Positions 41,059-52,297 of a stretch of 64,000 bases of DNA are shown piece by piece. Below the pieces are notes generated by a model. The model was given only the letters and a program-made list of their open reading frames with translations. It searched no databases and had not been told where the DNA came from. The stretch is from Candidatus Bathyarchaeota archaeon (lineage in GTDB: Archaea; Thermoproteota; Bathyarchaeia; Bathyarchaeales; Bathycorpusculaceae), in the NCBI GenBank assembly GCA_963767735.1, contig CAVYES010000010.1, forward strand, positions 15,581 to 79,580, written 5' to 3'. Each line of letters opens with the position of its first letter. Position 1 is the first letter of the stretch. The translations under genes and the position numbers were made by a program.

Positions 41059-43605
41059 TTGATTGTTATGACAAAGACAAGAGCTATCTTGAGCGTATTC
41101 TTGACAGCCCTTATGATCAGCGGATTAGCTTTTGTCGGCAGTGTGCATTTTGGCACGGCTCAAAGTGGAGCGCCAACCTCAACTCCTACACCAACTTCTC
41201 CAATTGCCTATTGGAAACTAGATGAGGCCTCAGGCAACATCGCTTATGATAGTTCGGGCAACAACAATGACGGCACTATTAATGGGGCTACTTGGGTGAC
41301 GGACGTTAATGGAAGCGGATGTTCATTAAATTTTAATGGCGTAGATAATTCTGTAAGTATCCCTTTCAAATTATCTTCAAGTCCTTCTTCGCTTACAGTG
41401 TCTGCATGGATTAATTCAAACTTTTCAAGCAGCACGGGAACCATATTATATAATGGTCAAGGTGGAGAGTTTTCATTGTTTTCGGGTAACGCGAGTGGGA
41501 TGCCGCCAAATGATATTGCAGGATTTAACGTAAAATTGACCGACGGAAACTGGTATCTTGTTTTCTCAAGTGCGTTGGCACCAAACACTTGGTATAATAT
41601 CGTTGGCACCTGGGTTGAGGGTAGTTCTTTAAAAATATATATTGATGGAACGCTATCAGGTCAAAATACAGCTATTCCTGATTTGCCTCTTAGGGATGCT
41701 GGAGCTGGCTTCCCTTCATTCATAGGCACATATTTGAACTCAATGTTTTTCTTCAATGGAGACATAGCTGATGTTAAGATTTACGATTATGCCCAGACTC
41801 CTTCCCAAATAGCTCAGGACATTGCATCAGTGAATAACACTGCATCCTCGCCCACTCCAACTTCATCGACCACAAACACTTGGACAAATCTGATGCCTTC
41901 CGTTTCTCCGCCTGCACGGGCAAACCAAATGATGTGTTATGACTCTACTGATAATGTGCTTGTTATGTTTGGCGGGTGGGATGGAGCTTATTTAGGTGAC
42001 ACATGGATATACAGTTTCCAAAATAACATGTGGATTAACAAATCACCTCAAGGAAGTCCATCTCCGAGAGAGCGTAGCGGAATGGTCTATGATTCAAAGG
42101 ACGACTTAGTCATTTTGTTTGGAGGATATAACGGACAAAACTTCCTCGATGAAACATGGACTTACAACGTCAAAACAAACACGTGGACACAAATGTTTCC
42201 CGCGGTTTCTCCCCCAAACAACAGCCAGATATATGCCAACGGGTCTATGATTAATTTAGGAATGGCATACGACTCCAAAGACAATGTGGTAATAGTATTT
42301 AGTGACGAGGGAAACACTTGGGCTTACAACCTAGCCGCAAACATTTGGGTGAATATGAAGCCGTCTGTTTCTCCAGCTCCCCGTGCTCTTTCTACTAATG
42401 GGCAGCAAATGGTTTATGATGAAAGTAACAACGATATTTTGCTTTTTGGAGGAAGCCCAATTTGGTATTCTACAGCGTTAAATGATACATGGGCTTACAA
42501 TTATGAAGCGAACACTTGGACAAACCTGAATCCAAGTATTGCTCCCTCAGCAAGGGAGGACTCTCAAATGGTTTATGACAGCGTTGATAACGTAATTGCG
42601 CTTTATGGCGGAGGTTCAGGCGACCAATCCCAACTTTTCGACGACACATGGGTTTTCAACATGACATCCAACAAATGGACAGATGTCACACCAGCGCAAT
42701 CTCCTCCTGTAAGGTATGCCTCAGCCATGGCTTATAATCCCACAAACAATGAGGCAGTGCTCTTTGGAGGATTTAACAACCAACAGGAAATCTGGTATGG
42801 GGATACTTGGGCATTCACATTTGCTCCGAACTCTACTCCCGTGCCGAGTCCAACGCCTCCTCCAACCCCAACGCTTCCAACGCCCAGTCTTGCTGTTTCT
42901 TGTCAAAGTTCAACTTCTTACTCAAACTTTAGAGTCGACATATCTGGAAGCTTAACCGTTGATGGGGCAGGAATATCAGGTGTTCCAGTTTTGCTTTCGT
43001 ACAGCGTTAATGAAGGCAACTCATGGATTGGCCTTACCACCGTAGGTACTGATAGTAACGGAAACTTTGATGTGGTTTGGTTTCCATCTGCATCAGGGAT
43101 CTATCTTCTGAATGCTCAGTGGGCTGGGAACTCAACATTTTCCGACACTAATACAACAATTAATTTTGCAATTGTGCCTTGTCAGGGTCAGAGTGTTTTT
43201 TCATTATCTTCAAACTCAACCATCTCCGCGTTTGCTTTCAATTCTACAAGCGAAGAACTAAGCTTTATTGTCAGTGGAGCCTCGGGCACACATGGATACG
43301 TTGATTTATACATTCCTAAATCGCTAATGAGTGATGTTTCAGCTCTCAAGGTTTATCTTGATGATAAACAATTGAATTGCTCCATTGAATCGCAAGGAGA
43401 TTCTTGGCTCCTTTCTTTCAATTATCATCTATGCACTCATCAAGTGGTCGTAGACTTCGGCACACCACGCACCACTGCAGCATCAACCTTGTTTAGCCAA
43501 AGCCAAATAGGAGACTTAGTTATTGGAGTCGCCGTCGTTGCAATGGTAATTGTTGCAGTGGCAATTGGAGCATTCTTGTTAGGAAAGAGAGCGGGGCGGA
43601 AATAG
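41059..43605 (+). CDS. cell-surface protein: signal peptide, LamG/concanavalin domain, six Kelch repeats, Ig-like domains, C-terminal TM
   Basis: AYWKLDE..G..AYDSSG LamG start; repeated PPAR..M.YD....LFGG...DTW.Y; PT-rich linkers; hydrophobic plus basic tail. Confidence 0.85.
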   Translation: MIVMTKTRAILSVFLTALMISGLAFVGSVHFGTAQSGAPTSTPTPTSPIAYWKLDEASGNIAYDSSGNNNDGTINGATWVTDVNGSGCSLNFNGVDNSVSIPFKLSSSPSSLTVSAWINSNFSSSTGTILYNGQGGEFSLFSGNASGMPPNDIAGFNVKLTDGNWYLVFSSALAPNTWYNIVGTWVEGSSLKIYIDGTLSGQNTAIPDLPLRDAGAGFPSFIGTYLNSMFFFNGDIADVKIYDYAQTPSQIAQDIASVNNTASSPTPTSSTTNTWTNLMPSVSPPARANQMMCYDSTDNVLVMFGGWDGAYLGDTWIYSFQNNMWINKSPQGSPSPRERSGMVYDSKDDLVILFGGYNGQNFLDETWTYNVKTNTWTQMFPAVSPPNNSQIYANGSMINLGMAYDSKDNVVIVFSDEGNTWAYNLAANIWVNMKPSVSPAPRALSTNGQQMVYDESNNDILLFGGSPIWYSTALNDTWAYNYEANTWTNLNPSIAPSAREDSQMVYDSVDNVIALYGGGSGDQSQLFDDTWVFNMTSNKWTDVTPAQSPPVRYASAMAYNPTNNEAVLFGGFNNQQEIWYGDTWAFTFAPNSTPVPSPTPPPTPTLPTPSLAVSCQSSTSYSNFRVDISGSLTVDGAGISGVPVLLSYSVNEGNSWIGLTTVGTDSNGNFDVVWFPSASGIYLLNAQWAGNSTFSDTNTTINFAIVPCQGQSVFSLSSNSTISAFAFNSTSEELSFIVSGASGTHGYVDLYIPKSLMSDVSALKVYLDDKQLNCSIESQGDSWLLSFNYHLCTHQVVVDFGTPRTTAASTLFSQSQIGDLVIGVAVVAMVIVAVAIGAFLLGKRAGRK

Positions 43606-43734
43606 CCGTCTTGTAACGATTTCTTATTTAATATCAACTGAAAAGATTTCAGGCTTAAATCACTATTTTTCTGGAAAATCCTTATTAAATCAATTCTTCT
43701 TTGGGTCATTTCTCGTTACTTGTGGAGAAGCAGC

Positions 43735-45684
43735 ATGAAGTTTGAGCTTATTGCGCCATTTAAAATCTCGCCTGGGCAGGACGCAGCCGTTAACCAGTTA
43801 GTGAGCAACTTTTCCAAAAAAGACAAGCAAACCCTTCTGGGCATCACTGGAAGCGGAAAAACTTTTGTGATGGCTAACGTAATTAACAGGCTGCAAAAGC
43901 CAACACTTATCCTTGCGCATAACAAGATCTTGGCTGCTCAGCTCTACGGTGAACTCAAAGAGCTTTTCCCGCACAACCGCGTGGAATACTTCATTTCTTT
44001 TTACGATTACTATCAGCCCGAATCGTACTTGCCAGCGCAGGACATGTACATTGAGAAGGACTCGACGGTTAATGAGCAAATAGAAAAAATGCGTATGCAC
44101 GCCGTATCCAGCATTGTTAGCCGAAACGACACCATAATTGTTGCGAGCATAAGCTGCATCTACAGCCTTGGAAACCCAGCTGACTTCAAAAGCATGGCGG
44201 TTGAATTGGAGGTTGGAAAGCAAGCTACAAGGCAGCAACTCATCCATGCGCTTGTCGATATGCAGTATGAGCGTAACGACATGGTGCTTGAGCCAGGCAA
44301 GTTCCGCGTGCGAGGCGACGTGCTTGATGTTGTGCCATCTTATGAGAATGATGTGATTCGGATAGAGTTTGCAGGCAACGAAATTTGTAAAATCAAAGAA
44401 GTTCACCTATTAACGGGAGACGTCAAAGGAAACCTTGATAAGCTCACGCTTTACCCTGCACGCCAATATGTCGTGCCCGAAGAGAAACACGCACTCGCCC
44501 TTGAAGCAATTAAACAAGAATTAGAAGAGAGACTGCCTAAACTCCCCCCGCTTGAGGCTCAACGACTCAAACAGCGAACAAACTACGATTTGGAAATGAT
44601 ACGGGAAGTCGGGTTCTGTGCAGGTATGGAAAACTACAGCCGACACTTTGACGGACGCAACGCTGGAGAACCACCCTTCACCCTGATAGATTATTTCCCC
44701 AAAGATTATCTTCTAATTATTGACGAGAGCCACCAAACCATTCCTCAATCACGCGCAATGTACAACGGCGACTACGCGAGAAAACAGAACCTCGTCGACT
44801 TCGGCTTCAGACTTCCCAGCGCACTAGACAACAGGCCGCTAAAGTTTCAAGAGTTCGAGGGGAAAATGGGCAAAACTCTCTTCGTCTCCGCAACACCAGC
44901 CGAATATGAACTGGAAAAAAGCGGTCCACCAGTTGAATTAATCACTCGCCCAACGGGTCTTTTGGACCCTGAGGTTGAAATTCATCCGATAGCTAGGCAG
45001 ATGCAGCATCTAATGTCGGAGGCAAAGAAAACTATCGAGCGAGGCGACCGCATCTTAATCACGACGTTAACAAAGCGAATGGCTGAAGACCTCGCGGATT
45101 ACCTTGTTAAGGAAGGCTTCCGCGTCAGGTACATGCACTCTGAAATCGAAAGCTTAGACCGCATAGAGCTCGTGCGGCAACTGCGTGTCGGCGAATTCGA
45201 TATCCTAGTAGGAATCAACCTGCTACGTGAAGGCTTAGATATTCCTGAGGTTGCAACAATTTTCATTTTGGACGCTGACAAGGAAGGTTTTCTGAGAGAT
45301 GAGCGAAGCCTTATTCAAACCATTGGGCGAGCAGCAAGAAACGTCAACGGCAGAGTAGTACTCTACGCTGACGTGGAAACAGCCTCAATTAAGCGGGCTA
45401 TGGAAATCACCAAGCGCAGACGCGCCTTCCAGAAACGCTTCAACCAAATCCACCATATCACGCCGTCAACTATAGTGAAGGGTGTTTCTCTGAAAGAGGG
45501 CACAATTAAAGGCACAAAACACTTGGCGAAATCAGACATTAAGCGCCAGGTGATTGAGCTTGACGCGCAAATGAGGGAAGCTGCGGAGAAACTTGATTTT
45601 GAGCGGGCTATTGAACTCAGGGATGCGATTGCAGAATTGAATAGAGCACTGTCTAAGAAGCTGGAGAACGAACTTCAAACCTGA
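43735..45684 (+). CDS. uvrB: excinuclease ABC subunit B
   Basis: GITGSGKT, YDYYQPE, DESH, GFRLPSA, GINLLREGLD, QTIGRAARN. Confidence 0.97.
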   Translation: MKFELIAPFKISPGQDAAVNQLVSNFSKKDKQTLLGITGSGKTFVMANVINRLQKPTLILAHNKILAAQLYGELKELFPHNRVEYFISFYDYYQPESYLPAQDMYIEKDSTVNEQIEKMRMHAVSSIVSRNDTIIVASISCIYSLGNPADFKSMAVELEVGKQATRQQLIHALVDMQYERNDMVLEPGKFRVRGDVLDVVPSYENDVIRIEFAGNEICKIKEVHLLTGDVKGNLDKLTLYPARQYVVPEEKHALALEAIKQELEERLPKLPPLEAQRLKQRTNYDLEMIREVGFCAGMENYSRHFDGRNAGEPPFTLIDYFPKDYLLIIDESHQTIPQSRAMYNGDYARKQNLVDFGFRLPSALDNRPLKFQEFEGKMGKTLFVSATPAEYELEKSGPPVELITRPTGLLDPEVEIHPIARQMQHLMSEAKKTIERGDRILITTLTKRMAEDLADYLVKEGFRVRYMHSEIESLDRIELVRQLRVGEFDILVGINLLREGLDIPEVATIFILDADKEGFLRDERSLIQTIGRAARNVNGRVVLYADVETASIKRAMEITKRRRAFQKRFNQIHHITPSTIVKGVSLKEGTIKGTKHLAKSDIKRQVIELDAQMREAAEKLDFERAIELRDAIAELNRALSKKLENELQT

Positions 45685-45773
45685 AAAATATGTGTTTAGG
45701 GCAAAAAGGTTGAAATCTTTCGTAATTAAATTGGTTACAATTTACAGAAGTGGAGAAGAGCAAGGTTTACGTT

Positions 45774-48674
45774 ATGAGAGATACTATTTCAATTAAGGGT
45801 GCAAGGGAGCATAACCTCAAAAACATAGATGTGGATTTGCCGAGAAACAAGTTTATAGTGATTACTGGGCTCTCAGGGTCAGGGAAATCCACTCTTGCCT
45901 TTGATACCCTCTACGCGGAAGGCCAAAGAAGATACGTGGAGAGCCTCTCCGCTTACGCCAGGCAGTTCCTAGGCTTAATGGATAAACCTGACGTTGACTC
46001 AATCGACGGGTTATCCCCAGCCATCTCCATAGAGCAGAAAAGCACCAGCAAAAACCCCCGCTCAACCGTTGGTACAGTTACCGAAATATACGATTACCTC
46101 AGGTTACTCTTCGCGCGTATTGGCGTGCATCATTGTCCTAAATGCGGCAGCTCAATTCACCCTCAGAGCCCCGAGAACATAACAAGCCTAATTATGGCTG
46201 AGAAAGAAAAAACGCTCACTTTCCTGGCTCCGATAATTCGGGGCATAAAAGGAAACCATGAACAAGTTTTTGATGACCTCAAGAAACAAGGGTACACAAA
46301 AATCCGTGCGGACCAAAAAATTTACGATTCAGACCAAATCAAAGAAGAAGTTAAGCTTGTGCGGTACGAGAAGCACTGGATTGAAGCCGTCATAGACACA
46401 GTAAAAATCGTTGATGAGGAACGCAGCCGAATTTCTGAAGCTGTGGAGCAGGCGCTTCAAGTCGGCAAAGGAACCATGATTGTCATCGACGCCCAAAAAG
46501 CTGATGTGGAAAAGAAGAAGGAGCTTGAGCGCTTCCAAGATGAGACAATGTTTAGCACTTTTGGAGCATGCCCTAACCATCCTGAAATCGTGTTTGAAAG
46601 CCTTGAGCCCCGCATGTTCTCTTTTAACTCGCCATTTGGCGCCTGCCCAACCTGCCATGGCCTTGGCGAAATCACAGAAATCTCTGAAGACAAAGTTATT
46701 CCAGACAAAAACCTCTCCATTATGGATGGAGCATTAGCTGTTTACGGAAGCATGGACCTTGGCTGGCGGGCGCAGCAGATTGCAATCGTAGGCAAGAAAT
46801 ACGGCTTCGACATTTTCACCCCGATAAAGGATTTCACTGAACAGCAACTGCACGTACTCCTGTACGGCGACAGAGAACCTATAAACGGGCAATGGTCTAA
46901 TGGGGCAAACATGTGGATGCGTGACGGCTGGGAAGGCGTAATCCCCCAGACCAATAGGCTTTACCGCCAAACCGAAAGTGCTTGGCGAAAGGAAGACATA
47001 GAAAAATTCATGACATCCACACCGTGCAACGCGTGCAAAGGCAAAAAACTTCAGCCTGTAGTGCTTGCCGTAAAAATCTTGGATAAAAGCATAATTGACA
47101 CGACGGATCTTTCAATTGAAGAAGCAGTTGAGTTCTTTGGCAACCTATCCTCGCAGCTTAACGAGAAAGAATTAGCCATTGCCAAACAGGTGCTAAAGGA
47201 AGTCAACGAGCGTTTGGGATTTCTTAAAAATGTTGGTTTAGGCTATCTTTCGCTTTCTCGTGCAGCAAAAACACTCTCCGGCGGCGAAGCCCAAAGAATT
47301 CGGTTAGCTACACAAATCGGAAGCAACCTGATGGGTGTGCTCTATATTCTTGATGAACCCAGCATTGGCCTGCATCAGCGGGATAACGCGAAGCTCATAA
47401 GCACCCTGCATCGCCTGCGCGATTTAGGAAACACACTCATCGTTGTAGAACACGATGAAGAAACTATACGGAACGCTGACTATATCGTGGACATGGGACC
47501 AGGAGCGGGAGTGCACGGGGGACACGTTGTCGCAGAAGGCTCACCAGAAGAAATCATGATGAATAAGCGCAGCCTCACAGGCAAATACCTATCTGGCGAA
47601 TTAAAAATTGAAGTACCAGAAACGAGGCGCAAACCCGTCGGCTGCCTCACCGTTAAAGGAGCACAAGAAAACAACCTCAAAAACCTCACCTTGCAACTGC
47701 CGCTGGGAGTACTGTGTGGAGTTACAGGCGTCTCCGGTTCAGGCAAGAGTACGCTGATGAATTTAACCGCTATCCCTGTTTTGCGGCAAATGTTCGGCGA
47801 ACAAGTAGACAAAATAGGCAAACACGAATCCATCGAGGTTCCGCCATTCGTTAGAAACGTAATAGTTATCGACCAGGACCCAATCGGCAGAACCCCAAGA
47901 AGCAACCCCGCAACCTACACCAAGCTTTTTGATGAGATTAGGCGCATTTTTGCTTCAACTAAAGAGGCAAAGGCACGCGGCTACAAGGAAGGAAGATTCA
48001 GCTTTAACGTGAAAGGCGGCAGATGTGAAACATGCCAAGGCGACGGTGTTTTGCGTATAGAAATGAATTTTCTGCCCGACGTTTACGTGCAATGCAGCGA
48101 CTGCAAAGGCAAACGATACAACAAAGAAACCCTAAGCATACTCTTCAAAGGCAAAAACATCGCTGAAGTATTAGATATGACTGTGGAGGAAGCTGCAAAA
48201 TTCTTTGAGAATACACCGAGAATCTCACGCAAACTAACCACACTGCTAGACGTTGGATTGGGCTACATTAAACTCGGTCAAAGCTCAACCACACTATCAG
48301 GCGGAGAAAGCCAACGCATCAAAATCACCCGCGAATTGAGCAAGCACAAGTCTGGGCATGTAGTTTACATGCTGGACGAACCAACCACGGGGCTGCATTT
48401 TGATGATACTAAACGGTTGATTAAAGTGTTAAATCGCCTCGTTGACAATGGCAACACCGTTTTCATCATCGAACACAACTTAGACGTTATCAAAAGCTGC
48501 GATTACCTCATTGATTTGGGTCCTGAAGGCGGAGCTGCGGGCGGCGAACTGCTGGCACAAGGAACACCCGAAGAAGTTGCACAAAACGATGCTTCGTACA
48601 CTGGTATGTTTTTGAAGAAAATACTTAACCGTCCCCGCGAAGAAATTGTTGTGGCAGTGAAACAGCCTGCATGA
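45774..48674 (+). CDS. uvrA: excinuclease ABC subunit A
   Basis: GAREHNLK, two ABC modules ([16 protein letters not shown]), zinc fingers. Confidence 0.97.
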   Translation: MRDTISIKGAREHNLKNIDVDLPRNKFIVITGLSGSGKSTLAFDTLYAEGQRRYVESLSAYARQFLGLMDKPDVDSIDGLSPAISIEQKSTSKNPRSTVGTVTEIYDYLRLLFARIGVHHCPKCGSSIHPQSPENITSLIMAEKEKTLTFLAPIIRGIKGNHEQVFDDLKKQGYTKIRADQKIYDSDQIKEEVKLVRYEKHWIEAVIDTVKIVDEERSRISEAVEQALQVGKGTMIVIDAQKADVEKKKELERFQDETMFSTFGACPNHPEIVFESLEPRMFSFNSPFGACPTCHGLGEITEISEDKVIPDKNLSIMDGALAVYGSMDLGWRAQQIAIVGKKYGFDIFTPIKDFTEQQLHVLLYGDREPINGQWSNGANMWMRDGWEGVIPQTNRLYRQTESAWRKEDIEKFMTSTPCNACKGKKLQPVVLAVKILDKSIIDTTDLSIEEAVEFFGNLSSQLNEKELAIAKQVLKEVNERLGFLKNVGLGYLSLSRAAKTLSGGEAQRIRLATQIGSNLMGVLYILDEPSIGLHQRDNAKLISTLHRLRDLGNTLIVVEHDEETIRNADYIVDMGPGAGVHGGHVVAEGSPEEIMMNKRSLTGKYLSGELKIEVPETRRKPVGCLTVKGAQENNLKNLTLQLPLGVLCGVTGVSGSGKSTLMNLTAIPVLRQMFGEQVDKIGKHESIEVPPFVRNVIVIDQDPIGRTPRSNPATYTKLFDEIRRIFASTKEAKARGYKEGRFSFNVKGGRCETCQGDGVLRIEMNFLPDVYVQCSDCKGKRYNKETLSILFKGKNIAEVLDMTVEEAAKFFENTPRISRKLTTLLDVGLGYIKLGQSSTTLSGGESQRIKITRELSKHKSGHVVYMLDEPTTGLHFDDTKRLIKVLNRLVDNGNTVFIIEHNLDVIKSCDYLIDLGPEGGAAGGELLAQGTPEEVAQNDASYTGMFLKKILNRPREEIVVAVKQPA

Positions 48675-50275
48675 TCCAAATAACATGCCCCACAGACTTC
48701 AAAAGCCAAGATATGCCAACTAACCCCGGAGTTTACCTCTTCAAAAACGAGCAAGACGAAATCCTGTACATCGGCAAAGCCAAAAGCCTCCGCTCCCGCG
48801 TTAAAAGTTACTTTTCAACTACCGATCAACCTGCGAAAACACGGCAGCTAGTTTCCAGAATCCGAAACATCGACTGGATCATCGTCAACAACGAAGTTGA
48901 AGCTTTACTTTTAGAGAACAAACTGGTTAAGCAGCACACGCCCAAATACAACATTGACCTAAAAGACGCAAAAACCTTCGCTTACATCTCACTCACAAGA
49001 GAACCTTACCCGAGGATATTGACCAGCCGCAAAGTGTCACGCAAACTAGAATCCTTTGGCCCATACACTGAAGGCTTCATACGACAGGACCTCCAGCGCC
49101 TGGTAACTCGTGTATTCAAGCTACGCACATGCAAAACAATGCATAAACGCGCATGCCTAAACCACCACATCCACATTTGCACTGCACCCTGCATCGAAAA
49201 AGTCACCGCTGAACAGTACGCCGACCAAGTTAAGAAAGCCCGCTCTTTTCTAAACGGTAATTACCAGGAAACAATCGAGGAGCTAAGTTCCCAAATGCAA
49301 ACCGCCTCGGAACAGCGCCAATATGAAACTGCACTTGACATCCGCAACCAAATCGCCTCCATCCGCCTTTTGACGCAGCATCAGATTGTTGATCATGAAA
49401 GGCGTTTTGACCAAGATATTATGGCGTTTAGGCGGGTTGGCGAGAAAATGCTGGCAGTTCAGATGGGTGTGCGCAAGGGTGTTTTGCGGGGCAAAACTCA
49501 GTTCACTGTCGATCTTCAACCTCAGATCGAGCAGGAGTTTCTGAAAGCCTTCTACTCAACCAACCAGATTCCCCGCGAAATATTGCTAAACAAGCCTTGC
49601 TGGCAGGAAAATGACGAGAAAAAAGCATTAGAAGAGTTTCTCTCCGCAAAAAGATGTGCCCCTGTTTCGTTGAAGATTCCTAGGCGAGCCGATAAGCTTG
49701 CGCTTGTGCAGTTGGCAGAGAAAAACTTAGAATCCACATTGGAAGTTGATAGTGCACTTGTTGATTTACAAGCTGCGCTTAATCTTCCAGTTTTGCCCCG
49801 TGTAATCGAGTGCTTTGATGTTTCTAATTTGGGGCAGGAACATGTGGTTTCTGGAATGGTCAGCTTCAAAGACGCCAAGCCTGACAAGAAAAACTACCGC
49901 AAATTCAAAATCAAAACTTTCGCTGGGCAAGACGATTTTGCGTCGGTAAACGAGGTTGTTGCTAGACGATATAAGCGTCTGGTAGAAGAAAAAAGCCCGC
50001 TTCCCGATTTAGTAATGATAGACGGAGGACTTGGGCAAGTGAGCGCTGCAAAAGCGGCGATGCAAACGCTTGGACTGCAAATTCCGCTTATTGGGTTGGC
50101 TAAAGAGCATGAGGAAATTTATTTGCCCGGTGAATCAGTGCCAAGGACCTTTGATAAGAACAGCCGAATGATGCTTTTGCTAAGGAAGGTTCGTGATGCT
50201 GCACATGACTTTTCGCTGAGTTACAACCTTAAGAGGCGGCAAATGAAAATTAGAGAAGAATTCAAGAAACAATAA
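48671..50275 (+). CDS. uvrC: excinuclease ABC subunit C (no C-terminal HhH)
   Basis: GIY-YIG (PGVY..LYIGKAK), Cys cluster, UVR domain, RNase H-like (ECFDVS, IDGG, H). Confidence 0.93.
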   Translation: MIQITCPTDFKSQDMPTNPGVYLFKNEQDEILYIGKAKSLRSRVKSYFSTTDQPAKTRQLVSRIRNIDWIIVNNEVEALLLENKLVKQHTPKYNIDLKDAKTFAYISLTREPYPRILTSRKVSRKLESFGPYTEGFIRQDLQRLVTRVFKLRTCKTMHKRACLNHHIHICTAPCIEKVTAEQYADQVKKARSFLNGNYQETIEELSSQMQTASEQRQYETALDIRNQIASIRLLTQHQIVDHERRFDQDIMAFRRVGEKMLAVQMGVRKGVLRGKTQFTVDLQPQIEQEFLKAFYSTNQIPREILLNKPCWQENDEKKALEEFLSAKRCAPVSLKIPRRADKLALVQLAEKNLESTLEVDSALVDLQAALNLPVLPRVIECFDVSNLGQEHVVSGMVSFKDAKPDKKNYRKFKIKTFAGQDDFASVNEVVARRYKRLVEEKSPLPDLVMIDGGLGQVSAAKAAMQTLGLQIPLIGLAKEHEEIYLPGESVPRTFDKNSRMMLLLRKVRDAAHDFSLSYNLKRRQMKIREEFKKQ

Positions 50276-50461
50276 AGTCACACCCTTTTTCAGCGCTCTT
50301 CATGCTTTCTAGCTTTTCCCGAAAGGAAAGCAAGTTCTAAAAAATTGGCGGTTTCACAGTTTTGGAATATCGCTTTTATGACTTTGCTACGCAACGTATT
50401 TATGCTTCAACTGACGGGGAAGGCTACATGTACGTATGAAATGGAAGTTTGGAGAATTTTT

Positions 50462-50710
50462 ATGATACAGGCATTTATTATGGTTAACGTGGAAACTGGT
50501 TCGGAAGAAAACGTGTTAAAACACCTCAAAACCCTTGATAACATCAAGGAAGCCTACGTTTCCTACGGCGTATACGACCTAATCGTAAAGGTTAAAGCAG
50601 ATAACATGGAAGATTTGAAAGAAGCAGTAACACGTAAAATCAGGTCTATCAATGAAGTAGAATCCACACTAACATTAGTGATGACTGAGGAAGCAACCAA
50701 TCCAGAGTAA
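50462..50710 (+). CDS. Lrp/AsnC ligand-binding (RAM) domain protein
   Basis: AFIMVNVE.G...YGVYDLIVKV...IR.I..V.ST.TL; no HTH. Confidence 0.85.
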   Translation: MIQAFIMVNVETGSEENVLKHLKTLDNIKEAYVSYGVYDLIVKVKADNMEDLKEAVTRKIRSINEVESTLTLVMTEEATNPE

Positions 50711-50911
50711 TTCAACCATATAAGTGAAAATCACTACCTCATTAAACCTGCAAAACAGGAAAAAACGAAGTTCTTCGGAAGGTAAGGTCTTTCATTTTTA
50801 GCTCTTGAAAGCTGCCTCAAAAGTTGAGATGCATAGATGCAAGACTACCCTATAATAATCGGCAATTACGTTATTTAACAACTTGTTAATTATCAATGAC
50901 GGGAGAAAAGC

Positions 50912-51742
50912 ATGCTGGACATGGTTACGTTGCTTCTGATGTCCGTTGCCGTTGGCTTACTTGGTTCCCTCACCGGCTTAGGCGGTGCCAGCATACTCAC
51001 CCCTATCCTGGTTCTCATAGGTTTTCCGGTCAAAGAAGCGGTGGCATGCGGCATGGTTGTTATCATCGCTACATCCAGCGGGGCAGCCTCATCTTTTGTC
51101 AAAGACAGAATCGCAAACATAAAATTAGCCATGTACCTGGAAATGTTCACCATTATCGGAGCTATCGTTGGAGCAACAATTACCGTAATCATAGCCCCCG
51201 TTTTCCTCTACTTCCTATTCGCCGCCTTCCTACTTACCTCATTTATCGGCATACGAGGCTCCTTTAAAGAAACCTACCACATGCCCGTGAAACAAGACAA
51301 GTTCTCAAAGTGGCTAGGCCTACATGGAAGCTACTATGACGAATCCAAAAACGAAGTCGTCGAATACAAAGCTACAAATTCGCTTCTAGGTGGCTTAGGC
51401 ATGTTCGTAGCTGGCATCGCTGCAGGCATGCTGGGCATAGGCGCGGGTGCCTTCAAAGTTATCGTTCACGAAAAAGTGCTGAAAGTGCCTGCAAAAGTGT
51501 CAACCGCCACCAGCAGCTTCATCATAGGCATGACCGCACTGGCAGGCGTAAGCGTTTATCTTTTTTCGGGTCTTTTGAACCTTACGTTGATGGCACCTAT
51601 GGCTGTGGGTACAACCGTCGGCGCAGTAGTTGGCGGTCGAGTTTTATGCAGAATTCGTGATAGAAACCTCAGAATACTGTTCCTTGTGATTGTTACGCTG
51701 CTAATTATTCAGATGCTCTACAAAGGGGTGCTCTCGCTATGA
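50912..51742 (+). CDS. TauE/SafE (TSUP) family transporter
   Basis: GSLTGLGGA and GMLGIGAG repeats. Confidence 0.88.
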   Translation: MLDMVTLLLMSVAVGLLGSLTGLGGASILTPILVLIGFPVKEAVACGMVVIIATSSGAASSFVKDRIANIKLAMYLEMFTIIGAIVGATITVIIAPVFLYFLFAAFLLTSFIGIRGSFKETYHMPVKQDKFSKWLGLHGSYYDESKNEVVEYKATNSLLGGLGMFVAGIAAGMLGIGAGAFKVIVHEKVLKVPAKVSTATSSFIIGMTALAGVSVYLFSGLLNLTLMAPMAVGTTVGAVVGGRVLCRIRDRNLRILFLVIVTLLIIQMLYKGVLSL

Positions 51743-52131
51743 CTTCCGATGGCTTAGGCAGCGGCGAATCAAAACTTGAAACAGTCATAAGCTACATTCT
51801 AATAATAGGAGTCGTCATAAGCGTACTGCTAGAGATCATCGGAATAAGCCTCTTTTACCAAACATACGGTAATGTGCAGATTTCCCAAAGCAAAACCGTG
51901 TTTATCAGCGGAATGAACTTTTTCGCTTTCATAATTGATCAGTTCCAACACTTATTCGGGTCGCAGAGCGCTATCATGTTCATGACGCTGGGGCTAATAA
52001 TACTGATCTTAACCCCGTATATTCGGGCAATTTCATCCGTAATTTACTTTGCATGGGAAAAAAACCGAAAGTATGTTTTGATAACACTTTTCGTTTTCAT
52101 CGTGCTCACGGCAAGTTTGCTGCTTCACTAA
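51739..52131 (+). CDS. DUF1634-like membrane protein
   Basis: GLIILILTPYIR motif; coupled to the TauE gene. Confidence 0.75.
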   Translation: MTSDGLGSGESKLETVISYILIIGVVISVLLEIIGISLFYQTYGNVQISQSKTVFISGMNFFAFIIDQFQHLFGSQSAIMFMTLGLIILILTPYIRAISSVIYFAWEKNRKYVLITLFVFIVLTASLLLH

Positions 52132-52297
52132 ACATTAGCCGTAGGACGGGAAATTAATACCTCATATGACCCATTTCTCTAAGCTGCTTAAATCCGCACG
52201 TGGGCGTTTTGTATGTCTCAAACAAGGATTGACGAAAGCTTAAAACTCAAAGTGTCTAGATGTCGTATTATAACTACGGAAGAGAGGATAAACTAAG

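Noticed and set aside
43798-47905. Long antisense ORFs over uvrB/uvrA (and similar ones over other genes)
   Set aside because: Codon-bias shadows with no motifs.
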